Assembly (NCBI GenBank): GCA_027923505.1
Contig: BROI01000032.1
Coordinates: 62,001 to 126,000 of the forward strand
Reading direction: 5' to 3'
From: Mayamaea pseudoterrestris
Taxonomy: Eukaryota
Length of the DNA stretch: 64,000 bases
The position numbers and the translations under genes were made by a program. The notes beneath the pieces were generated by a model. The model did not search any database and had not been told where the DNA came from. It worked only from the letters and a program-made list of their open reading frames with translations. Positions 33,150 to 44,143 of the stretch are shown here, piece by piece. Position 1 is the first letter of the stretch; the number at the start of each line of letters is the position of its first letter.

Positions 33150-33930
33150 AGAAGCTGCCAAAACCCACTCAAACAGCCAGAGATGGAAAAACTGATGGCT
33201 GGTAGTTGACAGGCATTGTTACATGATGTAGAATGTGCAATGCATTCATCACAAACCATCTATGCTCCAAGTGTTGCCACAGGAGGTGCCTCAATTTCAT
33301 GGCCCCAGGCTTGTACACAGTAGCTGGCTGCCATAACCCACTCCAACAGCCAGAGATGTAAAATCTGATGGCTGGTAGTTGATAGGCATTGTTCCTTGAT
33401 GAAGATTGTGCAAGGCATTCATGACTTGCCTGTCTGATCGCAATGTTCTGCCACAGAGACTGCCTGAATTTGGTGCCCCCCAGCTACCAGCAACTGAGAC
33501 ACCAACCAGGCATACCATACCATCTTGTAGGGCAGCCTGAATAATGATGTTGGCACCATTTATGTGTATTGTGTATGCTGCTAGCCTTGCTGCCTCAGTC
33601 GTGATGTAAGTGAAGATGATTGCACCATGGAGGGCCAACAAGCCCCATTTAACAAGGCTAATAGCAAGTGTTTGGAACACAGCACTACTTGTCACCACAC
33701 TGCTAGTGAATATTGCTAGAAGGACCTTGCACTTACCTCCCAGGCTACCAAACTAGCCCATCTCCATTGCCAAATGCCCAAGTGTACTTACTGTTAGTCT
33801 CATTCCTGACAGTGGCGCCTCTGCCCATTTTGTCACTGTTACCGCTCCCACCACAAGATTCTATGACACACCCACTTGCAATTTACCTCCGCCATGGCTA
33901 CAAGTACTTTCAGGAAAAACTAGTATAGAT
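33150..33930. mobile_element. CpG-depleted island, probable degenerate methylated repeat or transposon relic
   Basis: About 5 CG dinucleotides in ~780 bp by eye, with abundant TG/CA, against CG-rich flanks. No credible ORF and no transposase motif seen. Confidence 0.45.
33154..33480. repeat. Imperfect tandem direct duplication, period 173 bp
   Basis: gctgcca[a/t]aacccactc[a/c]aacagccagagatg…ctgatggctggtagttga[c/t]aggcattgtt starts at 33154 and at 33327. There are 5 mismatches in the first 67 nt, with weaker similarity out to …tgcct[c/g]aattt. Confidence 0.9.
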
Positions 33931-34134
33931 ACTGTATGTATTGGCAGATGAGCAGCGAGCTACCGGTAGTCACAACTGTGCCACGCGACTTCATAATTCA
34001 AGTTCAAGTTACGCCCGAAAAGTGTTAACGAAACAGCTAATCTTTATCAAAAACCTGTCTCCTTTCGGTCCATCGGACGAGCTCAACTTGAAGATGACCC
34101 ATCAATTATCGACCATGACGTTCTACTTCAATGT

Positions 34135-35640
34135 ATGCTTCAACGCTGCCAAAGGTGCTCACAAAATCCAAAACACACACCAACAAACGCTGTCGTCGAG
34201 CATAAGATCCAACAACCATTCTCTGCCATGAACACTTTGGCATCCAAACGAAAACATCCACCTCGAACGCCTGAGGAAGTCATAGAGGAGCAGGCGATGG
34301 CGTGCGATCGCAAGAAACAAGCCACCGATGCAATGCTTTTCGGTCGTGCTTTGTCGAACTCTAATCTCGATGCTTCATTTTCGCCTTCCTCCACATTTTG
34401 TCCCAACTTGGATCTGCTGCGAAAGTTCTTGCTAGAAACGAATTACAAATCGACCGACGAGCCATATTTAAACTTGGGATACATGCTCGATCTGCTGTCG
34501 ACATATGAACATGTTGCTCTCTTTCGCCTCCATTGCTCCGCCAGGATCAAGAGTCTCACGCTTCATATGTTGGACTTTAACTTTGGCGTGACGAACTGCA
34601 TGGAGATTTGTCTTTGCGCAATGCAGAGACATGTAGCTAGCAAATCAGTCCAGCTCGAGTGTTGTTGGCTAATGCGAATGATGCTTTCGGCTTTGAACAA
34701 CATTTCCTTTCCAGCTCGAGCCTGCCTCAAGCCGTGCATGTATAGCATGATAGTTCATCTTCAAGACGCAGAGATTCAGATGCCGTTGCTGGGAATTCTT
34801 CGTCTACTGCGAATGCATCTGCCGTCACCACTTGACTGGTTCCAGATACTGCCAATACTGATGCAAGTCCTTTCGAAACATGTAGATGATGTCTCCATCC
34901 AGCAGGTCGGCCTTTCAATTCTCACTGATTTGTGCGCTAACGACCTTTGTCGAAGTAAATTGCCCAACGGAGCAAAGCTTTTGCTGAAGGTCATGAAAAC
35001 CCATTCGAACGATTTCCTAATCAGCTGTAATGCTGCAGCTGCCACTTGTTGGCTGGTCCACACTGGTCCAGCCGCTGGGCGCGCTGATGCGCAACGAGAA
35101 ATCCAAGTCATATTGACCTGTCTAGAGAAACATCTGGACAGTGTTTCGGTGTTTGGAAACATTGTTTGCGTCTTGTGCGGATTAGTTGTTGCACCGGAAG
35201 ACGAATGTTCAGTGGTGCGCTTGATTGGCCGAGGGATGCAACTTCACCAATCTAGTGCAAGGGCGCAAGAGTCTTGTTTTCGATGGATCCGCTTTCGGCA
35301 ACTTTCCAATTGTCATGATGAGGTGCTCAAGCTCATTCCGGGTATTCTTCACGGGATAAAGTTGCATTCGCGTGATATTTACATCCAATTACAAGCCTGC
35401 GACTTGCTGTGTATCCTTGCAGAAGCCTCGTCGACTATGAAAACTGCGCTAACAAATAACGGCGTGACAGACATTGTTTTGTCAATGCTCGCAGCACATG
35501 ATTTCCAAGAGCAGCTACGGCAACGAGCAATGCTTTTCATGAGCTTGCTGTTGCCTCGGACAGGGGTCGAGGGGCCTTTCGGTGGAAACTTTTCGACTAT
35601 TGAAACTATTTGTGGCAGCCAAGCTGCAAATGGCGTCTGA
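34135..35640 (+). CDS. Armadillo-repeat protein
   Basis: Repeated ARM-like helices: AMQRHVASKSVQLECC, VLSKHVDDVSIQQVG, VMKTHSNDFLI, GMQLHQSSARAQ, GIKLHSRDIYIQLQAC. An alternative start lies at 34228. Confidence 0.75.
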   Translation: MLQRCQRCSQNPKHTPTNAVVEHKIQQPFSAMNTLASKRKHPPRTPEEVIEEQAMACDRKKQATDAMLFGRALSNSNLDASFSPSSTFCPNLDLLRKFLLETNYKSTDEPYLNLGYMLDLLSTYEHVALFRLHCSARIKSLTLHMLDFNFGVTNCMEICLCAMQRHVASKSVQLECCWLMRMMLSALNNISFPARACLKPCMYSMIVHLQDAEIQMPLLGILRLLRMHLPSPLDWFQILPILMQVLSKHVDDVSIQQVGLSILTDLCANDLCRSKLPNGAKLLLKVMKTHSNDFLISCNAAAATCWLVHTGPAAGRADAQREIQVILTCLEKHLDSVSVFGNIVCVLCGLVVAPEDECSVVRLIGRGMQLHQSSARAQESCFRWIRFRQLSNCHDEVLKLIPGILHGIKLHSRDIYIQLQACDLLCILAEASSTMKTALTNNGVTDIVLSMLAAHDFQEQLRQRAMLFMSLLLPRTGVEGPFGGNFSTIETICGSQAANGV

Positions 35641-35872
35641 TAGATAGAAGCTAGACAAAGGTATATTTCTACTCTGCCATAGGTTAGATGCAGCTACCGG
35701 TAGGAAGGTGTAAAGTCGCATGCATCTCTCGCAATAGCGTCCTAACTCTGTCGCACTAGCAATGCCGCTTTGTTCGGCAGGTTTCTCCACGCGTCACGCT
35801 CCACTCATCGACCATGGCTGAGCGATCACATTTGTGGACGATCAAAGCGACGAAGTTGAACGTAAAAGCAGC

Positions 35873-37064
35873 ATGGTTTTATATCGGAGAATCTTACTGG
35901 CGTCTCTTCTGCTTGTTGGAACTGCCGAAGCTTATAAACGGCGACGGAGTACAGCCATCTCCAATCCGTTTCCCAATCAACATCAAGATCGGTCCAATCT
36001 ATGCACGTTAGAGAAGAATGTCGCTTCGGGAAAAATACTATATCATTCATACAAATCTTTGTCGTCTACTGCTTCGGCGTTGGAAAGTCTTCGAGGTGGA
36101 TCTTCCGAAGCTGTCGCTGAACAGTCTCTTGTCGCCCGAACAATTCAATCGCTCGTTCATACACTTGTGTCAACCGCCAACAGAATATCACCCAGCCTTG
36201 CTGGCCTTCTGCGCTCATTAGCGAAAACCTTTGAAGCCATGTTTGGCGTAGAGCTACTGCCGATTGAAATAGCTAAAAAGCCGTTGAAAAGGCGACGGAA
36301 GAAGGCTGCGGACACGATTGAACCTGCAGTTGGGGCAAACAAAGCTGTAAACAAAAAGAAGAAACGATCGAGAAAGACAAAGAAGAACGTTAATGTCAGC
36401 AAAGTAAAAGAGTCGGAGGTGAAGACGGAGTCAAGTATACCCGAACCCTTAACCAAGATCAAGCAACAACAGAAACCGGTGGCGCAAAAATCTGTTGCAA
36501 CAAAGTCTGCAGGCGCGAAGCAGCATTTGCTAACCGATATTAAATCATCCTCACCCAATTACCGAATCCAGCGAGAGCTTAAACAGTTTATTCAAGACCC
36601 TCCACCAAATTTGACGGTAAGGGTTGGAAAGAATATTCGAATATGGATCGTTACGATCGTTGGAGCCAAAGGCTCGATCTACGAAGGCGAAACGTTTCAG
36701 CTTCGAATCCAGTTCCCTCCGCAATATCCAACAGTTCCTCCAAGCGTCTATTTTTTGCCACCACATATTCCTCTGCACGAGCACGTTTATACAAACGGCG
36801 ACATTTGCTTGTCGCTGCTTGGCAAGGATTGGCGGCCCACCATGACGGCGCAAAGTATTGCGGTTAGCATTCAGAGCATTTTGAACAATGCATTGCGCAA
36901 GGAGCTTCCCATGGACAACGCGCAACACGCGCATAGCAAACCTGGGCAGTTTCAGAAGGACTGGGTGTATCATGATGTATGTATTTAGATGAAGGAATAT
37001 GAGTATGACGTGCGCTGCTTAAGCTGACCCTTGCGCCCGTTTCGTTTCACAGGACAATTGCTAG
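35873..37064 (+). CDS. UBE2W: Ubiquitin-conjugating enzyme E2 W-type with a signal peptide and long N-terminal extension; 2 exons
   Basis: RIQRELKQF…HEHVYTNGDICLSLLGKDWRPT. The intron at 36977-37052 restores the UBE2W-type end WVYHD|DNC*. ATG 35873 gives the signal peptide MVLYRRILLASLLLVGTAEA. Confidence 0.85.
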
Positions 37065-37361
37065 CATGCAAAACGACAATCTGATGTAAGCTTTTTTCGT
37101 CAACTAGCGACGAGGAGTTGCGTTCTCGTGCTCTATTGTCGTCAACAACTAAGCAGCAGACGTATAAGCCAGATATATCTACCAAAACTGTTTTAGCTAT
37201 ATCATCACAGGTAACCGGTATGGACCCTGTAGTTCCTTCAGCCAAAGTTGGTAGCGTAGCAAGCCCGACCAAGCCTGCAGTAACGTCCTAATTCTCAACA
37301 AGTTTCCGAGCTCAAAGCCGCACCACATGCTCAAGTCGACGACTCGCAAACCATGCCCACA

Positions 37362-39063
37362 TCAAGCACCCACTGTCTGTGGCTGCTCCAGAGCTGGCTG
37401 CGTATCGTACTGAGACTTGCGGCCCCTCTTCGTCAAGAGCATTGCAAGAATCAACATGCTGAGAACAAACGAGATCGAACTAAGCACAAGAGCTGCTTTT
37501 GTATTGATTTTCTGACTCGCGGTAAACTTCTGGAAGTTCTCAGTGACAGTGTAGCCAGCATCAGCGCTGCTCTCGGTGACCTCGTCGCTAACGAGACCTG
37601 TGACCAATCCCGTGCGCTCCAAAATCGTGTTCAGCTCGTGCACATTCGTCTGCAAAAAATCGATCGTACCCTGCATCTTCTGCACAAGAGTCTGCAAGTC
37701 CTCAATTTGTACTGCATCGATGGATCTGGCTTTCGTTGAAATCGTGTAAGGGTTTGCTCCAGCGAAAGCCGTCGCATCAGTCTCCCATGTCCATGGCGAG
37801 GCATCACTTGGTAATCCTTTCTTAAGTACATCAATTCCACTGCGAACAATAGCTTGAGTCGCCAACGACGGAAGTGTAAAACCGTACTCGCTTGCACAGA
37901 CACCCACAATATCCTCATTCAAGAAACTGTCGAGAAAGGCGACCAACAGACTCTGCTCCGCCGCGCTCCCAACGTACGTGATATTGCGACGCACGTAGAG
38001 GTACGACGCCTGCACAATGGGCCACGTCCACTTTCCCGGTCGGTCCACCAAAGACACCTGACCAAAGTCGTTGAGTGGGTTGTTGGGAAACTGCCCCTTG
38101 GCTGCAGCGGAGAGGCCATCATTGGCAATCGCTTCACCGCTGGAAAGATAGTACCCATCTGTGTTTTCCAGCTTAATTTCATCCAGACCGGCATCAACTC
38201 CATGCCCCGCATCAATATACCCAATTGAACCTTCCGTATCAAAAATACAAGCAGTTACACCGGCGCTTCCGGAGCATTGGCTAAACTTCGAGGGCCAACC
38301 ATCTGGGTAATCACTCACCATGCTCTCTGGAAAAGATTCACTGCACGACTTGTGAAGATACTATATAGGCATGATAACAAATATTTTGGGTCAGAACGAA
38401 TCAATGTCTGGATGTTCAATAGTAATAAGCAAGCCCAATGTTCGCAGCCAAAAATGCATCTCATCGCCAGCCCTCGTTGTGTTATCGTACCTCCGTAAAG
38501 CTCGACGTCGAGCTACTTCCAGCATCACGCACAACGACGTGAATGGGCATGTCGGCCTGCATGTTTGGATTCAACTTGGCAATCGATGGATGGCTCCAAC
38601 GCGGAATCTCGCCCATGTAAATCTTGGCCAAAAGACAGCTCGTCAAGTTAAGCTGGTATGGCGCCGCGACTGGAACCGTGTGAAAAACACTGACGGCACC
38701 CAACAAAATGGGCAAATGCATGACTTCAATGCCCTTGTTCTTGAGCTTCTTGTAGTCGCTAGTCAGAATGGGAATGTCGCCACTGGCAAAGGCGACGGGC
38801 GATTCATCAACGTTGAAATTGTTGATAAATTCCTCTTGCCCAATAGTGCTACCCACTCCACGATAGGTCAAACGCGAGGGAAAGCGAATGCCGCTTGAAA
38901 TAGTCGAAAGAATATCCCAAATGCACTTGGAAGGATTGGTTGTTCCACTGCCGTAGAGGCCGACAAAAGTAGTTTCGTTTTGGGCCTGCGACAAGCCAGC
39001 TGTCAAAGCAAGAACAAGAACGGCGGCAGCGCCGAGACTTGCAGGGCCACTTCCAAAGATCAT
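37362..39063 (-). CDS. PstS-like phosphate-binding protein with a signal peptide and C-terminal membrane anchor; 2 exons
   Basis: YGSGTT, YRGVGSTIGQEEF, FASGDIP, RDAGSSSTSSFTE|YL (intron 38361-38490), GSIGYID and WPIV match the periplasmic phosphate-binding fold. The TM segment is AALVLSSISFVLSMLILAMLL. Confidence 0.8.
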
Positions 39064-39408
39064 CCTCGTTTACAGACACTATCTACCAAGATCAGAAGGT
39101 CGTGTGGCTTGAGGAGCTGCTCGCATTGACGATCGATTTTGTGAGTGATGTGGTTGGAGAATCTTCAAACGAATGATCGGCCGCCAAGCAACGCACGACA
39201 GACGGACATCGAACATTCAGCTATGGTCCTGTTTGCTATGCAAGTGCTAACGGGACGTGCAGTATGTAATAGCATGAAATTTACGCTCAATTCGTAGCAT
39301 ATTACAGCCAGGCAGCACTATCAACGGCAATGAAACAAAATGCAAGCCTTTTATGACTAAACCAGGCTTCTAATCTTCTAATCGAGTTACCCTTACATTT
39401 AAAGAAAA

Positions 39409-40209
39409 TTAACGGTAAAGGCCGTTGTTGATGCGGTCAATGACATAGTCGGCGGAAGGCTTGTTGGCAACAAAGCGGCTCTCGTACTTCTTGATGACTT
39501 CCTTCTCCTTTGCACTTAGGCCTGGAATGTTGTAGACATCAGCCACCGAGTTGTATGGGCCGTTGGCGGCAATCTTTCCGGCGGCACTCGGGTACATGCC
39601 TGGCATCTTGAGGTAAACGCGGACATTGGCATTGTTTACGTCAACAACTTCACCTCCACCAAGGAACTTGACGTTGTCGTAGTCGCGAATGGCATTGGCG
39701 GCAACCGGAGCGAACGCCATACCGGCTGCTACTGCGGCAGCGGAAAGGAATTCGCGGCGCTCGGCATTGAGGGCAACCGATGCGCGCTCCGCAGATGGTG
39801 CTACGAATGCGGCGCTGCAGCTGTAAAACCACAAAGAAATTAAGAGAGTGTGAGATGCGGTGTCGAAGTGATCGATCGCTATGCTGCACAACAGAGTTGC
39901 AGTCTGCACAGGGCAAGACGACAACTACCACACCCCGTAGCATCATGCTCATTTGGTCATCGATACGGTATGCATCTATGGCGACTAGAGTCCTTTGATG
40001 CATTATGCAGTTCATAATCAATCGACTTGCACAGCTACAAAGTGTACAGACGTCGCTTGACTGGAGACCGTCATTCTAAACCATTCCTCCTTCGTCCCTG
40101 AGCTGACGGCATCAACGCCCATGGTTGCGGCTCGATTTCATCCCTCAAATCGCATTTCCCCGCAATCGAAAACTTACGCAATGAGTGATGCAAAGACGGC
40201 GAGCTTCAT
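39409..40209 (-). CDS. psbU: Photosystem II 12 kDa extrinsic protein PsbU precursor; 2 exons
   Basis: VDVNNANVRVYLKMPGMYPSAAGKI…DRINNGLYR. Exon 1 (MKLAVFASLIA, 40209-40178) is spliced over the intron at 39821-40177 to CSAAFVAP. A twin-Arg lumen signal RREFL…ANA follows. Confidence 0.95.
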
Positions 40210-40821
40210 GGTCAACTTCCTAAAGGTATATCGCGACAGTGATTGTAGTGCTTGATGGATCCTGTGGAGGTTGAATGACGTGCTCGCTCCACGGAGCCTT
40301 CTCGTAGCGATGCTACGCAAGTTGAGGGTGTATCTTTCATGGGAGCACGTCGTGAACGCAGCAAGGTTAAGGATAGAGACTCGATCAAAAACCGATACGA
40401 CGAGTACGATGATGTCGCCAATGGCGTAAAGTTGTGAATCAAAATGTCGCGCGAACATGCCGACGACAAGGGCACTATTAAACTTTAAAGGGTAAATTAT
40501 CACTTCAATATAAAGCTATTGCCTCTTTGTCAGCAGCTGCTGATGACGAACGCCAAGACATCGGACAATCATGAATCGATGCGTGTCTAATATTGCCCTA
40601 GCGTTTGACGGGAGCCGTTTCATTTTCAGTCGGTGCTGGTTCCGTGCTTTTGGCCTTGCTGGAACCCTTCATTCAACCATGATCAAAAAATTATCTGATC
40701 CAAGTACAGCAGCGTACAGCGACAAGCACCTTTTTGTCAGCAGAGACTGTGGACATCAATCTGCATTGAATTTCGTGGCTTGTCAGTCGCGACGCGCGTT
40801 GGCTAGCCAAGAAGGCAAACT

Positions 40822-42384
40822 ATGGCACACCAAGCGACAGCTGATCGACAACCGGTTGGCGATGAGGAAGCTAGCGCGAACCATCGTAGTGAGGACGAGA
40901 GCAACCGATCAAATCGGTGGGACTCTTCCTGTAAAGGGCATCGTATGTCGACGGACCTCTATCTTGAGCTGCTAAAGGGCCCGCTTCGGCGACAAGTTCG
41001 GGTGGGCGCATCCGAGAACCGCTCGACATCGAATCCTGGCTTCGCGAAGACGGCGTCAGACGAGGAATGGACCGAAGCCACCGCCAGCGAATCATTTTCA
41101 TCGAGCTTGAGTAGCATTGGATTACCAGCGATGGCCACCAGTCCGTATCCGGCTGATTATTGGAACAGCCCGGGGCAACCTCGTTCCATTACGATGGGTG
41201 GTCCATCTGCAAGGCCACACATTCCATCAGTTCATCAGCTGCTGGAGCAAACTTTCCCTTTTCTTGATTCCGACAAAGACGAGGAGGACATCGGAGCAGT
41301 GGCAATACCAGTTGCCGGAACGGGATTGCGGACGTTGATCGAGGACGAGGAGGAGGAAGAAGATGCCACCTCCTCATCGCGACAGGAGGATTCGTTTCAC
41401 CACACCGATGATGAATTCGAGTTGATTCTACCTACCAATAATGCTCATCAGACAGTCGAGCTGCATCGTTCATTCCAGGAGAAAGAGTCATTCAGTGACT
41501 CGAGTGACAATGGTAGCTACTTTCGTGACGAATCAGGATCATACGACGATTACAGCGGCTCTGAGTACATGAGTGATGACAACTTCATGATGGAGTACGT
41601 GACGAGCTCCGAAGATGAAGGAGACGAGGATATCTACCTGTTATCAAATTTTCATGTGCCGCTCACTTCCATTGCATCCATCGACAAACTTCCGACGAGG
41701 ACTAGCGGTAGGTCGCACACACCGTCGATGCCGGCTTCGCGTGCCGATACGGCGAGCACATCGTCGACTTATGAGCAGAAGGCTGCTACAGCTATTGGTA
41801 CAATCGGAATGGACAAAGTTTGTTCGGCGGCCGACGAAACAGCAATGCAAGTTGGCTTACTCGCCCTGTCTGTGTCAGACGTTGAGGTCAACCTCTCCTG
41901 TAGGCAAAGCACTGTGAATGATTCGTATGATAGTCTTCCCAAGCTACCCTACCGGCAAACTACGTCAGAGTTTTCAAAAGATGATGCGTCGGCGGGTGTC
42001 ACAGCAACAACCCGACAAGTACGCTTCGCGCCAACTTGCAAGATCCAAGAGTATGCAGTCACTGTTGGGGACAATCCAAGCTGTAGTGGAGCCTGCGCCC
42101 TCACTCTTGACTGGGAACATACACAAGCGTATCAGCAAGTCCATGGACAAATCAGGAGCAACTCAGGTGCACTGAAGTGCCTTTCGCAATCCTCGAGACG
42201 TGAGCGAGTAATGGCAGTGCAGGGACTCACTCAGCAAAAGCTGCGACTGCTCGAGCTACAGGTGCACAATCGAGTGACTCGGAACGCCTTGCTCGCTAAG
42301 ACAAAACGAAAACAGCGGTCAGGACGAACATCTACCGGTGATGCGAGCTTGGCCTGTATTAAGCCAGCCGAAGGATGTCTGTGA
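40822..42384 (+). CDS. Acidic disordered protein with a C-terminal RVxF-like / GDNP…LTLDW module
   Basis: 520-aa ORF containing QVRFAPTCKIQEYAVTVGDNPSCSGACALTLDWEH. Confidence 0.7.
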   Translation: MAHQATADRQPVGDEEASANHRSEDESNRSNRWDSSCKGHRMSTDLYLELLKGPLRRQVRVGASENRSTSNPGFAKTASDEEWTEATASESFSSSLSSIGLPAMATSPYPADYWNSPGQPRSITMGGPSARPHIPSVHQLLEQTFPFLDSDKDEEDIGAVAIPVAGTGLRTLIEDEEEEEDATSSSRQEDSFHHTDDEFELILPTNNAHQTVELHRSFQEKESFSDSSDNGSYFRDESGSYDDYSGSEYMSDDNFMMEYVTSSEDEGDEDIYLLSNFHVPLTSIASIDKLPTRTSGRSHTPSMPASRADTASTSSTYEQKAATAIGTIGMDKVCSAADETAMQVGLLALSVSDVEVNLSCRQSTVNDSYDSLPKLPYRQTTSEFSKDDASAGVTATTRQVRFAPTCKIQEYAVTVGDNPSCSGACALTLDWEHTQAYQQVHGQIRSNSGALKCLSQSSRRERVMAVQGLTQQKLRLLELQVHNRVTRNALLAKTKRKQRSGRTSTGDASLACIKPAEGCL

Positions 42385-43021
42385 ACAGCCTTTACAGCGA
42401 AGTATATATATATAGCAGCTTCTAGAACAAGTTAAACGTAGTATGCGTCGTACTCATATTCTATGTCATAATTCGATATAATAGCGTTCTGTGCAGGTTT
42501 CATTCGAGAACCGAAGAGTATTTTCTGTTCATGGCTATGATGCTGGCAAGTGTGCATCGAAAATCGCAGTGTAACCGCATGCGCAACTCCTCGTAGCGTC
42601 TCTTGACCCTCGCAAAATCTGTCCATCTGCAAAAGCGACTTCAAAACATGCTTCCGCGATACTGTGATTACTTGCCCTCCTGCTCGAGTTGAGTCAATGC
42701 AGTTATAAATGATGGTTGTCTATCGAATGATTACTGTGGGTAAATTAATTCACTACAGTAATCATGTTGACGATCGGAGCCTGAACGACGAATAACATGA
42801 GCATTATGATCTCAATATCCAATGCATTGACAAGCAAAAAAACCATGGTATCTTGTTCAACTGAAAAGTTTCATACCTACAGGTAGTTTCCGTCGCACAG
42901 GCATTCCATCTTCTTCGCGCCATTTTTGAACTTTGGTGGATTCCGCGATCCAGCATCTTCAACTTCTGCGCGCTGCTCGACGACCACAGTAAATATTGTT
43001 CAACCACAAGCAACTTTCACC

Positions 43022-43892
43022 ATGAAGACCATCATTGCCGCCTCCCTCGTCGCCTCTGCTGCTGCCTTTGCGCCAGCGCAGCAAGCGTCCAAGTCGTCCT
43101 CTGTTGCTGCTTTCGAGGGTGACATTGGTACGTTAAACTCTTGGAGCTGCTTGACAAACTGTGAACCGTGAACATGAAGCGTTCATCAAGTCCCTTACAT
43201 TACATCTCTGTATAATCAGGTGCCACCTTGCCTTTGGGATTCTGGGATCCGCTAGGCCTTGTCGCGGATGGCGACCAGGCTAAATTCGACCGCTTGCGTT
43301 TGACCGAAGTCAAGCACGGCCGCATTGTACGTTGTGACCGAGATTGTTGGATGATGTTTCTCTAAAGTCCGTAGCTGATACGTTTCTTCCTTTCTTTTCC
43401 GTTTGCAGGCCATGTTGGCTGTCGTTGGTAACCTCATTCAGGAAGCCGGAGTTCGTCTTCCGGGATCAATCGACCTTTCCGGAACCAAGTTTGCCGACAT
43501 TCCCAACGGTTACGCCGCACTGGAAGCTATCCCATACGCCGGAAAACTGCAGCTATTCGCTTTCATTGGCTTCTTGGAGGTGTTTGTCATGCGTGACTTT
43601 GTTGGAGGAGAATTCCCGGGTGATCTCCGCAACAACTACTTTGACCTTGGCTGGGACAGCTTTGACGATGCCACCAAGGCACGAAAGCGCTCCATCGAGC
43701 TCAACCAAGGACGTGCGGTAAGTTTGCTCAAGATTTCTTACTCATTTTGTAAATGTTGCGAGAAGCATGCTTCTCATGACTTTGTTTTATCCCTCTTGAC
43801 AGGCTATGATGGGAATCCTTGGCCTGATGGTCCACGAACAACTTGGAGTCTCCATCATCCCTTCCATCGCTGACTCGGAGTACTTGCTTTAA
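43022..43892 (+). CDS. Lhcf: Fucoxanthin-chlorophyll a/c binding protein (Lhcf-type); 4 exons
   Basis: MKTIIAASLVASAAAFAP presequence. Introns lie at 43128-43219, 43327-43408 and 43718-43802. Motifs GFWDPLGL, EVKHGRI|AMLA and ELNQGRA|AMMGILGLMVHE. Confidence 0.95.
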
Positions 43893-44143
43893 TTAGGTAG
43901 CTGATAGTCTAAATTAGCTTGTCGATCAATTACATCATCCAAGTGTCGCAAACCAGTACTGTATCGGTAGGGATCGTAAGTGTGCTCACTATCAAGAACA
44001 CTTGCGTAAACACCGGCAGCCTCGCAGTGTCGTAAGATTATCGTACCGGTACTACAACAGACACACCATCTGCATCACTTGGCGAGTCCTTCGACCATGG
44101 ACTAACCGTCTTCGGCAACTGCTCTACAGTTGACATTTAATAA

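Noticed and set aside
33154..33480. Direct repeats as CRISPR or LTR pair
   Set aside because: Only two long adjacent imperfect units in a eukaryotic context, with no spacers, cas genes, TG…CA termini or internal retroelement domains.
33297..33698. 133-aa ORF inside the CpG-poor island
   Set aside because: Non-ATG start and no recognisable motifs. The duplicated copy of its 3' part has stops in the equivalent frame.
33885..33930. GCCATGGC palindrome followed by CTAG as a possible Helitron 3' end
   Set aside because: The palindrome is too short and there is no matching 5' end or Rep/Hel sequence.
40276..40281. TGACGT (aureochrome/bZIP site) upstream of psbU
   Set aside because: A single hexamer is expected many times by chance in 64 kb and was not seen consistently upstream of the LHC genes.
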